Shown here: piece by piece, positions 51,571 through 59,660 of the stretch | How positions within the stretch are numbered: the stretch's first letter is position 1 | Layout: every line of letters begins with the position of its first letter | Source: Candidatus Altimarinota bacterium | Lineage (GTDB): Bacteria; Patescibacteriota; Gracilibacteria; UM-FILTER-43-11 | NCBI GenBank assembly: GCA_028281045.1 | Contig: JANQKP010000009.1 | Coordinates: 129,673-193,672, forward strand | Length of the DNA: 64,000 nucleotides | Direction of reading: 5' to 3' | Program-made: the position numbers and the translations under genes | The notes under the pieces: model-generated | What the model saw: the letters and a program-made list of their open reading frames with translations, nothing else | What the model was told of the DNA's origin: nothing | Databases searched by the model: none

Positions 51571-51596
51571 AATATTTTTATTTTTATGCAAGTTTT

Positions 51597-51605
51597 ATTG
51601 TAGCA
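51597..51605 (-). promoter_or_regulatory. possible extended -10 promoter of the LOV-kinase-CheY-CheY unit
   Basis: The minus strand reads TGCTACAAT immediately after the 51606-51632 terminator. Confidence 0.35.
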
Positions 51606-51632
51606 CAAAAAAACCCTACCAAGGGTAGGGCT
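51606..51632 (-). terminator. intrinsic terminator after the SLH gene
   Basis: The minus strand reads CCCTACC-CTT-GGTAGGG followed by TTTTTTT. Confidence 0.75.
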
Positions 51633-51647
51633 TTAGAATTATTTTAA

Positions 51648-52757
51648 CTATTGCTCAGTGCCTCCAACTTGCCCCAAAATCTCACGGGCTCTTTCTTTAA
51701 TATGCTTAGCAATAGGTTGGGTAGCGTTGTTAGCCTCCCAAGCTTCAGTGGCTTTATTTATAGCGTCGTTCGCTTTAGCCTCAGCTTCGTCGTACTTTCT
51801 TTGAATTCCTAGAATAAAGCTATCTACAAGCCAGTCGTAGGCGCGGGCAAGTTTAGCTGCCCCTAGTACTACGTTATTCGTTGGCATGTTCTTATAAGCT
51901 TGTTGTGTAAGGTCTACGGCTAGCTCTGAAGCTTTCTTGGAAAGCAGAATCTTATTCGCCGCTACATACACTTCAATCTGAGCCATTTCAGCTTCAGCCC
52001 TATCTAAAAGGAACTGTGTATTTTGTCCGTTTCTAATTAGGGCCAGAATATAAAGCACATCGGCTACTTCAGAACGAGTCATAGCCTTGCTTGGATTCAG
52101 TTTATTTTCATGATCTGGAGCCACTAGCCCAAGCTGAGCTGCATAGTACATATAAGGTCTAAACCAGGCCTCTTGGGACACATCTGCATAATCGCCCTCA
52201 ACAGCTTCAATGGCATTAGGATCAATGCGGTTTGCTAGAAGGAGCATCTTAAGAAGCTCTGCCTTATTCACTTGGCGCCCAGGAGCAAAAGAACCATCGG
52301 CATTTCCTGTAATCACAGAAAGTCTTTTGGCTTTTTTAACGTATTTAGCAAACCAGGCATCTTGAGGCACATCTCCAAAACCTGTTGCATCTTGATCTTC
52401 ATCAATTTCAATTCCAGAACCAGCAAGAATCACCTTAAGTACTTCTGCACGGTTAATAGAGTTATCTGGCCCAAAAGTTCCATCTCCATAACCATTCAGT
52501 ACACCAGCTTGGCTTAAGTAAGTTACCGCTGTGTAATGTGGATGGCTGCGTGGCACATCAGAAAATCCGGTCACCACTTTCATTCCAGAGTCCGTTATTG
52601 CCTCATCGGCAAATGCATGAGAAAAAGCAAAGAAAGAGCTAAACACAATTAGCGCTGATACGAGCCGAGTTCCCCATGATGATAGTTTTAAATCTCCCAC
52701 TTGTTTATTTTTTATTTTTGCAGGCCCTATTCTAGCATGCAAAGGTAAAAAATGCAA
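51648..52757 (-). CDS. S-layer-homology (3x SLH) domain protein with helical C-terminal domain
   Basis: Signal peptide (…FFAFSHAFA). Three SLH repeats (FSDVPRSHPHYTAVTYLSQAGVLNGYGDGTFGPDNSINRAEVLKVIL; FGDVPQDAWFAKYV…; YADVSQEAWFRPYM…). Confidence 0.85.
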   Translation of the reverse strand: MHFLPLHARIGPAKIKNKQVGDLKLSSWGTRLVSALIVFSSFFAFSHAFADEAITDSGMKVVTGFSDVPRSHPHYTAVTYLSQAGVLNGYGDGTFGPDNSINRAEVLKVILAGSGIEIDEDQDATGFGDVPQDAWFAKYVKKAKRLSVITGNADGSFAPGRQVNKAELLKMLLLANRIDPNAIEAVEGDYADVSQEAWFRPYMYYAAQLGLVAPDHENKLNPSKAMTRSEVADVLYILALIRNGQNTQFLLDRAEAEMAQIEVYVAANKILLSKKASELAVDLTQQAYKNMPTNNVVLGAAKLARAYDWLVDSFILGIQRKYDEAEAKANDAINKATEAWEANNATQPIAKHIKERAREILGQVGGTEQ

Positions 52758-52759
52758 TT

Positions 52760-53122
52760 TTAATCCTTCTTCGAAGCCGCCTCTTCTACAATGACAAGCA
52801 GGTCAGAAAATTTAAAAGGTTTTTCTACGTAAGAAAAAATCTGATTATTCACTAGAGCATCTTTGATTTTTTCATTTTGAATACCGGTAATCACAATAAT
52901 TGGAGTCTTCATGTTCCACTTCTCAGCCTGAAGAATAAGCTTATCTCCTCTAAGCTCAGGCAGACTAATATCTACAACCGCTGCGTCATACTTATTGTTA
53001 ATAAGCATTGAAAGCCCATCCACACCAGAGGTTGCGGTTTCGCAGGTAAATCCATTTTCCGTAAAATCTGCAACGAGCTGCTCCACTAACTCTTCGTTGT
53101 CATCCACAATAAGTAATTTCAT
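52760..53122 (-). CDS. single-domain CheY-like response regulator
   Basis: 120 aa with VDDN, AVVDISLP, VITG and VEKPF receiver residues. Confidence 0.9.
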   Translation of the reverse strand: MKLLIVDDNEELVEQLVADFTENGFTCETATSGVDGLSMLINNKYDAAVVDISLPELRGDKLILQAEKWNMKTPIIVITGIQNEKIKDALVNNQIFSYVEKPFKFSDLLVIVEEAASKKD

Positions 53123-53227
53123 ATGTTTGTTATTTTAAAGGTTGTTGGTTTTTTTAAACCTAATGCACAAAAAAGCAAAAGTCAAACACCAATAACAAAT
53201 CGATAATAATTTGATAATAACCTGGTC

Positions 53228-53920
53228 TTAATTGTGCTCAGAGCCTGTGCGCAAGATGTAACCAATACCGTGAACGGTCTCAATCAGCTTGTCTTCTTTT
53301 TTAAGATCTAGCTTTTTTCTCAGGATAGAAACATGTGAATCTACTGTGTTAGAAATCACTCTAGAATCATAGTCCCACACCCTTTCAATCAGGGTAGATC
53401 TGGGAATCACCTGGTCAGCGTGCTTCACTAAGTAATGAAGTAAGTCATACTCCTTCATACGAAGTTTAATTTCTTTCCCTGCCTTAGAAACAGAGCGGGT
53501 TTTAGGTTTAATACATATGTCTTTAATCACAATATCACTTTGAGAAGTGTCTTTTGTCTTTTTTCCTCTCCTGAGTAAGGCATTAATACGCACATTTAAT
53601 TCTACGAAAGAGAAAGGTTTAGAAAGGTAATCATCGGCCCCCATATTCAGTAGTTTTACCTTGGAGTCTAGGTCACTTAGAGCAGTGAGCACAATCACAG
53701 GCAAATCAATACCTCTGTCTTTATATTGGCTTAAAACTTCTGCCCCATTGAGATCAGGCAAGATTAAGTCTAAAACAATGACGCTATGTAAATTTTCATC
53801 AATTTTATCTAGCGCTTCTTGGCCGGTGGCTGCATGGGTGACTTGGTGACCCTCGCCTTGAAAACCTTTGATTAAAAATTGGGCTAACTCGTGATCATCT
53901 TCAACTAAAAAGATATTCAT
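53228..53920 (-). CDS. OmpR/PhoB-family response regulator (REC + winged helix)
   Basis: MNIFLVEDDHE…VIVLDLILPD…SKPF, followed by the winged-helix segment LRMKEYDLLHYLVKHADQVIPRSTLIERVWDYD…VHGIGYIL. The ORF-track start at 53944 adds 8 unlikely residues. Confidence 0.9.
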   Translation of the reverse strand: MNIFLVEDDHELAQFLIKGFQGEGHQVTHAATGQEALDKIDENLHSVIVLDLILPDLNGAEVLSQYKDRGIDLPVIVLTALSDLDSKVKLLNMGADDYLSKPFSFVELNVRINALLRRGKKTKDTSQSDIVIKDICIKPKTRSVSKAGKEIKLRMKEYDLLHYLVKHADQVIPRSTLIERVWDYDSRVISNTVDSHVSILRKKLDLKKEDKLIETVHGIGYILRTGSEHN

Positions 53921-54194
53921 AATTCTAAGCATTACTTTTATCATTAGATTATCCCAATTTAACAGGGAAAAGCAATTTATTAACGTAAAAAATTAATCTT
54001 TTTATAAGCTTTCGATAATAAAAAGATTAGATAAAAATAGCGGTCTTTTGAGAATTCATTAATGAACCACAGGTATTAATGAGGTCAAACTAATTATGAC
54101 CAACCCGCTATTTTATGCCTAATTTGCTAAACATCATTAGCAATGAAGCCACTCCTAAACAAGGTTTGGTTTATTTAGTTAACCACAAAATTCC

Positions 54195-55571
54195 ATGCAA
54201 AAATCACCAACACAAAGTGAAACCACAAGGGTTGAGGAGGAGATAGCCGCTTTTTTAGAACAAAAAGGAGCGCTAGATGCCGCCAAAACAATCGAGGGCA
54301 TTCGATCCCTTTTAAGGAATAATCTAAGTTCAGATGACTACTTTAGATTAGGAGTGCTTATGGGCGGAGACCGGCTTTCAGAAAAACCTGTAGAAGGTGA
54401 AACTCTGCATGAAGTGATTCCTCAAATTGCAGAAGAACATCCAGGAAGAGCCGCTTACTTATTTAAAAGAGATGAGCTCATTCAAAGAATGGAGTCTGTA
54501 AACGAATCTCTTCTTCCAGGACGTAATAAAAAGGTACTTTATGCGGCCAAGGCTAACTCTCAAAATCATGTGCTTCAAGCGCTAAAGGATGGTGGTGTTA
54601 GCGGTTTTGATTGTGCCTCTTCTAACGAAGCCCTGGCAGCCTTTATGGTGGGCATGGATGCAGAACAAGTCTATTTCAATTTACCTAAAAATCCCCCTAA
54701 AGATTTGGTGGAAATTCTTTCTTTTGGAGCCAAATATGTGACGGTAGATCATCCAAAAGTTTTAAACAGAGTTTTAGAAACTTGCAGAGTACTTGGCATA
54801 GAGGATGCTGAAATCGCCGTAAGGCTAGCTGTAAGCAATCCGCATGCCACCTTAAAAATGGCCAGCAAATTCGGCCTAGCCCCTGAGCACTATTCCATGG
54901 CAGTACCTATGCTAGACACCATTAAGGCAGAAGGGCTAAAAGCCAGCCTTTGTTTTAATGCAGGATCTCAGATCACAGACCCCGCAGCTCATGCCGCAGC
55001 CATAGCCTTAACCGCCGATATCGCCAGAGAAGCCGATGGCGTTTCAAGTATTAATATGGGAGGAGGGCTGCCTATAGATTACTACGGAGATTTAGAGTGC
55101 TCTGGAGAAGATATTATTCAGGCCATTAACGAAGCTATAGAAAAAAACATAGATGCTTCTGTTTGGGCAGAAGATGAACAATTTATATTTGAATTCGGGC
55201 GCTATCTGGTCGCTCCTACAATCACTTGGGTTTCACCCATTCATGCCATAGAAAAACGTGGCAATGAATCTCACATTAGTTTTCGTGGAGGCATTCACAG
55301 CATCTTTAATGGTGTGAGGCTCCACGAGTGGCCATTGCCACCAATGAGGGTTATTGCAAGTAATGGAGAAGAGAAAGTAGGGGCACCAGAAGAGTTTGTC
55401 CTTTCTGGAGAAACTTGTAACCCCATAGATCGCCTAGAGACATTGCTCCCTGGAAATATTGCCGAGGGCGATTACCTTGTTTTTGAAAATGCAGGAGCCT
55501 ACACAGACTCCTACGGCTCTAATTTTAACGGACACATGCTCCCTGAGCATGTCCTTTGGAATAGGCCCTAA
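54195..55571 (+). CDS. PLP-dependent decarboxylase, Orn/DAP/Arg decarboxylase family (fold III), with an N-terminal extension of about 70 aa
   Basis: PLP-Lys motif VLYAAKANSQNHVLQALKDGG. GGGLPIDY glycine motif. Active-site Cys motif GETCNPIDRL. Confidence 0.8.
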   Translation: MQKSPTQSETTRVEEEIAAFLEQKGALDAAKTIEGIRSLLRNNLSSDDYFRLGVLMGGDRLSEKPVEGETLHEVIPQIAEEHPGRAAYLFKRDELIQRMESVNESLLPGRNKKVLYAAKANSQNHVLQALKDGGVSGFDCASSNEALAAFMVGMDAEQVYFNLPKNPPKDLVEILSFGAKYVTVDHPKVLNRVLETCRVLGIEDAEIAVRLAVSNPHATLKMASKFGLAPEHYSMAVPMLDTIKAEGLKASLCFNAGSQITDPAAHAAAIALTADIAREADGVSSINMGGGLPIDYYGDLECSGEDIIQAINEAIEKNIDASVWAEDEQFIFEFGRYLVAPTITWVSPIHAIEKRGNESHISFRGGIHSIFNGVRLHEWPLPPMRVIASNGEEKVGAPEEFVLSGETCNPIDRLETLLPGNIAEGDYLVFENAGAYTDSYGSNFNGHMLPEHVLWNRP

Positions 55572-55594
55572 TTTATAACTAACCACAATTTATT

Positions 55595-56551
55595 ATGACT
55601 AATGAGACTCTATCGGGAGCTGCCAAAACGCCAGAGGCTTCTTCAACGAAGCCACAGGCTCCAGATTTAAAAATCGCTATTGATACCCGAAGCAGGGTAG
55701 AAGAAACCCAAGAAAGACCCAAAATTATTGGAGAAGTGATGAATTCCCATGAAATTGCGCCAGAAACGGTGGTAGAAGTCACTAACTTTTATAGGTATAT
55801 ATTTGGGAACACCATGCATTTCATTGCAGCCCCAGACCTTGGCGAAAGTTTAACGGCCAGAGAATTCTTTGGAACTGGACGTGATTTTGTGCCAGTAAAG
55901 CAAATGGATGCGCTCATGTCTTTCCCTGATAATCCATGGCCAGGGGAAGAAGCCTTATTGGTTTATCATCCACCAACACTTAGAAAAAATTTAGAGCGCA
56001 AACTAATAGAAAGTGAAGATAGTATTTTAAGCCTACTTCGAAACGAAAAAGATGAGATTGTAGGGCTAGCCTTTTGTTATGTGAGCGAATTACTTAGGGA
56101 GTTGGAACTAGAGTGGATTAGTAGGTACAACTTTGCAGACCCAACAAGACAAAAACCAGAATGGCAAAGAGACCCTGAAAAATTCCTAAAAGGGGTGGAG
56201 CGTGTTTACGGTAAGCCTTTCGATGGCAGCGAAGTTATTATGGCTTGGAACTGTATGAGCGTGCTTCCTGAAGCCTCAGGGAGCTTGCCATTACTCATGA
56301 GAAACATGCTAGGAAAAATTGGGCCAGATCAAAGAGACATGCTTATGATGGGAGATGTAAAAAAAGACTCAAAAGCACATCAAATCTTTAGAACCATTGA
56401 AGCCAAAGATGGCACCGGCTTCTTTGAAGACGAAGGCGATATCTTAATTGGCGGAATAGCCGGAACTATTGCCGACACCTTCTCTATGGATCCAGAAGAA
56501 TTTAAAAAGAAAAGACAGGTTTTTAATAAAAACTCTGGTGAATCTAAATAA
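55595..56551 (+). CDS. hypothetical protein (318 aa), possibly GNAT-like fold
   Basis: It follows the decarboxylase by 23 nt. The segments IVGLAFCYV and MSVLPEASGSLPLLMRNMLGKI…AHQIFRTIEAKDGTGFF loosely resemble the acetyltransferase beta4-alpha3/beta5-alpha4 regions. The resemblance is weak. Confidence 0.6.
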   Translation: MTNETLSGAAKTPEASSTKPQAPDLKIAIDTRSRVEETQERPKIIGEVMNSHEIAPETVVEVTNFYRYIFGNTMHFIAAPDLGESLTAREFFGTGRDFVPVKQMDALMSFPDNPWPGEEALLVYHPPTLRKNLERKLIESEDSILSLLRNEKDEIVGLAFCYVSELLRELELEWISRYNFADPTRQKPEWQRDPEKFLKGVERVYGKPFDGSEVIMAWNCMSVLPEASGSLPLLMRNMLGKIGPDQRDMLMMGDVKKDSKAHQIFRTIEAKDGTGFFEDEGDILIGGIAGTIADTFSMDPEEFKKKRQVFNKNSGESK

Positions 56552-56587
56552 GACTTGGATATAATGAATTTAAAATAAAATCAAAAA

Positions 56588-58690
56588 ATGGACTTTTTCG
56601 ACCTCAGCTACTTCTTCTTTGCACTACTAGTGTTCATCATGGGTTTCTTAGTATTCCTAAGAGATTCTAAGAAGAAACATGCTCTTTTATTCTTCACAGA
56701 AACCACGGGTTTAGCCGCCTGGATGATTACCCTATACCTAGGTTTCTACTACGTAGATAGATCTGTTTGGGAGCCAGGACTCATTTGGATGAGGCTAGCT
56801 TATGGAACCTCTATTTGGGGCATGAGCGCCATGACCGCCTTTATTTACGCTTTCCCAAGAGCCACGGTGCATGTGCCAAAATTTTTAAGACAACTATTTG
56901 CCGCCTTCACTGTTGGGCTCATTATAGTATCTAGCTTCACTCCACTAGTGAATGATTATTTTCTCATTGTAGAAAATGAATACATTCAAGATACTCTGGG
57001 ATCATTATTTATAGTGTATGTACTTTTCCTGGTCTTCAACCTCTTAGCTTCACTAGTGCTTTCAATCATGAAACTCAGAAGAGCCGAGGGCATAGAAAAA
57101 GAAAAAATTGCCTTTGTAAGCTATGGGTACTTTGCTTTCGTAACAGGAGCTGTGCTTACCAACGTAGTGCTTCCTGTCTTTGACATTGTTATTCTGCAAA
57201 GAGAGGTGCCTATATTAATCGTGCTATTTATTATTCCTTCATATTATGCGATTCATAAATATAGGTTCTTCAATCTGCATAATGCTTCGCTAAACCTAAT
57301 TAGGAAAATACTTTTATATGCGGCGTTCTTTTCTACGCTTATCGCTACCCCTATCGTGGCGGATAGGTTCCTAGAAATAAACCTAGCCATTGCCTGGGTA
57401 CTAGGCGCCCTACTAGCGTTATTTGTATTCCGTCTTCTTGAAAGAGAAATTCCTGTGGTGACGAGTGAAAGCCAGAAGAAATTTAGAGTATCGCTTACCA
57501 ATTTGCAGTCTAAGATTTACACCACCAATACTTTCGATAAACTCTCTCGCCTTATTCAAACCACCTTTGCAGTAAATCTAAATATTACAGAGGCTAGGCT
57601 TTATGTACTTAGAGATAAAAAGCAAGAATTGGGCATTCCGGTATATGTAAAAGATAACTTCACCAAGGCCCTTAAAAAACAAAAAGACGTTATTGTGGCA
57701 GAGGAGCTTCCTTTCCAAAAATTTAAAGGAGGCACCAAGAAGATTTTAACCAGTAAACTCAAAGAACTAGAGGCCAGCATTGTTATGCCTCTTTTTGCAG
57801 ATAAAAACCTTATTGGATTCCTGGCACTTGGAAGTAAGGCAAGTGGAAAAGTGTATAAAAATGAAGAAATTGAAGAGATCATTAAGATTAAGAATAACTT
57901 AGAGGTTATTCTTATGAATATTCTTCTTAATATGAACCTGCAAGAAGAGAATGATCTTATGAAATCTATTGTGAATGAAAAGACCAAGGTGTTGCAGAAA
58001 AAAATCGCTGAAATTAAAGCTCTCTTCGATAAACAAGCAGAATTCATTGCGGCTTCTGCCCACGAGTTTAAAACACCACTTACCGTGGCTATTTTGCAGA
58101 TGGAAGAGCTCATGAGCCACAAAACTGAGACCAAAGACCTGTCTAAGAAGCTAAAACGCTTAGACACGTCTTTAGACAACCTCAAAAACCTTACCCAAGA
58201 ACTCTTTGATGTGCAGCAACTAGATTTAAACCAAACAGAGGTTACCCCAGAAAAAACAGACATGGGAGTTTATCTCAAACGTATTCGCACAGAGTTTGCC
58301 CCACTCATGAAGCAAAAGAACATTCAGATTCGTTTCCATACCCCTAAAAAGAAGGTGTATGGCCTCATAGATAAGCAACGTTTTAGACAGGTGCTGGTGA
58401 ATTTATTAGGAAATGCCTACAAGTTCACCCCAGAGAAAGGAAAAGCCGCTATTCACCTTAAAGAAGTGAAAGGAAAGGTGCAGATTGAAGTGTGCAACAG
58501 CGCCACCATTCCAGAGGCGGATAAAAAACATATCTTTGAGAAATTTAAAACCAAGGACGCCAAAAAAGGTATGGGGCTTGGGCTTTATATTTCTAAGAAA
58601 ATTGTAGAACTGCATAAAGGAAAAATCTGGCTCGATGAAAAAGCAAAAGACAGAACCAGCTTTATTATAGAAATAAAAAAGGCCCCATAA
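56588..58690 (+). CDS. multi-pass membrane sensor histidine kinase (TM bundle - GAF-like - HisKA - HATPase)
   Basis: 700 aa. About 7 N-terminal TM helices. H-box SAHEFKTPLT. NLLGNAYKFT and GMGLGLYIS boxes. Confidence 0.9.
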   Translation: MDFFDLSYFFFALLVFIMGFLVFLRDSKKKHALLFFTETTGLAAWMITLYLGFYYVDRSVWEPGLIWMRLAYGTSIWGMSAMTAFIYAFPRATVHVPKFLRQLFAAFTVGLIIVSSFTPLVNDYFLIVENEYIQDTLGSLFIVYVLFLVFNLLASLVLSIMKLRRAEGIEKEKIAFVSYGYFAFVTGAVLTNVVLPVFDIVILQREVPILIVLFIIPSYYAIHKYRFFNLHNASLNLIRKILLYAAFFSTLIATPIVADRFLEINLAIAWVLGALLALFVFRLLEREIPVVTSESQKKFRVSLTNLQSKIYTTNTFDKLSRLIQTTFAVNLNITEARLYVLRDKKQELGIPVYVKDNFTKALKKQKDVIVAEELPFQKFKGGTKKILTSKLKELEASIVMPLFADKNLIGFLALGSKASGKVYKNEEIEEIIKIKNNLEVILMNILLNMNLQEENDLMKSIVNEKTKVLQKKIAEIKALFDKQAEFIAASAHEFKTPLTVAILQMEELMSHKTETKDLSKKLKRLDTSLDNLKNLTQELFDVQQLDLNQTEVTPEKTDMGVYLKRIRTEFAPLMKQKNIQIRFHTPKKKVYGLIDKQRFRQVLVNLLGNAYKFTPEKGKAAIHLKEVKGKVQIEVCNSATIPEADKKHIFEKFKTKDAKKGMGLGLYISKKIVELHKGKIWLDEKAKDRTSFIIEIKKAP

Positions 58691-58704
58691 GGAGCCTTTT
58701 GATT
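58676..58704. terminator. hairpin between convergent kinase gene and rpsG
   Basis: AAAAGGCCCC-ATAA-GGAGCCTTTT with one mismatch. The kinase stop codon lies in the loop. Confidence 0.45.
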
Positions 58705-58715
58705 TTAATTCTTTC

Positions 58716-59171
58716 TTACATGTAGCGAGCGAAGTGAGCGAACGCTTTATTCGCAGCTGCCATGCGGTGAGTATCTTCTTTCTTTTTGAAAGCTCCACCT
58801 TGTTCGTTACTAGCATCGTTAAGCTCTTCAGCAAGAAGTTTAGCCATAGATTTACCTTTCTTACCACGGCAAGAACCAATGATCCAACGGATCGCTAGTG
58901 TTTGCTGACGTTTTGGCTTAACTTCTACAGGAATTTGATACACAGATCCACCAACACGCTTGGCTTTGATCTCCATATTAGGTTTTACATTGTTAATAGC
59001 CGTTTGGAATACTTCTTCTGGCTTGTTTTTACCTTGGTCACGAAGGATTTGCATTGCATCTGAGAAAATACGACGAGAAATAGATTTTTTCCCTGCTTTC
59101 ATCATGCAGTTAATGAACTTTTCTTGAAGTTCTGAAGATCCTTCTGGAATGTAAGTAGCGTGTTTAGACAT
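58716..59171 (-). CDS. rpsG: 30S ribosomal protein S7
   Basis: 151 aa with S7 motifs (GKKSISRRIF, RVGGSVYQIPVEV, AHFARY). Confidence 0.96.
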   Translation of the reverse strand: MSKHATYIPEGSSELQEKFINCMMKAGKKSISRRIFSDAMQILRDQGKNKPEEVFQTAINNVKPNMEIKAKRVGGSVYQIPVEVKPKRQQTLAIRWIIGSCRGKKGKSMAKLLAEELNDASNEQGGAFKKKEDTHRMAAANKAFAHFARYM

Positions 59172-59190
59172 TTAATATAGAATAGTTAGA

Positions 59191-59610
59191 TTAAGCTTTA
59201 GGTTTCTTAGCACCGTAACGTGAACGTCCTTGTTTACGACCTTCAACTCCTTGAAGATCTAGAACTCCACGAGTGATGTGGTAACGTACCCCTGGAAGAT
59301 CTTTTACACGACCTCCGAAGATAGTTACTACAGAGTGTTCTTGAAGATTATGCCCTTCACCTCCGATGTATGCCGTTACTTCATCGCGATTAGTTAAACG
59401 TACACGAGCCACCTTACGAAGCGCCGAATTCGGTTTCTTAGGTGTCATAGTGGTTACTTTTACACATACCCCACGCTTTTGTGGAGCCCCTTTTCTAAGG
59501 TTAACTTTCTTATTTTTAAGAGAGTTAAAGGTATGCAGAAGTGCAGGAGCTTTGCTCTTTTTTACGGCAGATCTACGAGGTTTTCTAATCAGTTGATTTA
59601 TAGTAGGCAT
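59191..59610 (-). CDS. rpsL: 30S ribosomal protein S12
   Basis: 139 aa starting [10 protein letters not shown], with [16 protein letters not shown] and GHNLQEHS. Confidence 0.97.
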   Translation of the reverse strand: MPTINQLIRKPRRSAVKKSKAPALLHTFNSLKNKKVNLRKGAPQKRGVCVKVTTMTPKKPNSALRKVARVRLTNRDEVTAYIGGEGHNLQEHSVVTIFGGRVKDLPGVRYHITRGVLDLQGVEGRKQGRSRYGAKKPKA

Positions 59611-59660
59611 TTCAGAGTGAAATTAGGTTAAATTTTCAAAGGCATCTATTTTTACCACAA

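Noticed and set aside
57601-58879. 220-aa and 157-aa minus-strand ORFs overlapping the histidine kinase 3' half and rpsG.
   Set aside because: They are antisense to, or overlap, confidently assigned genes (HisKA/HATPase motifs, S7). Their composition is Ser/Leu/Phe-rich noise.
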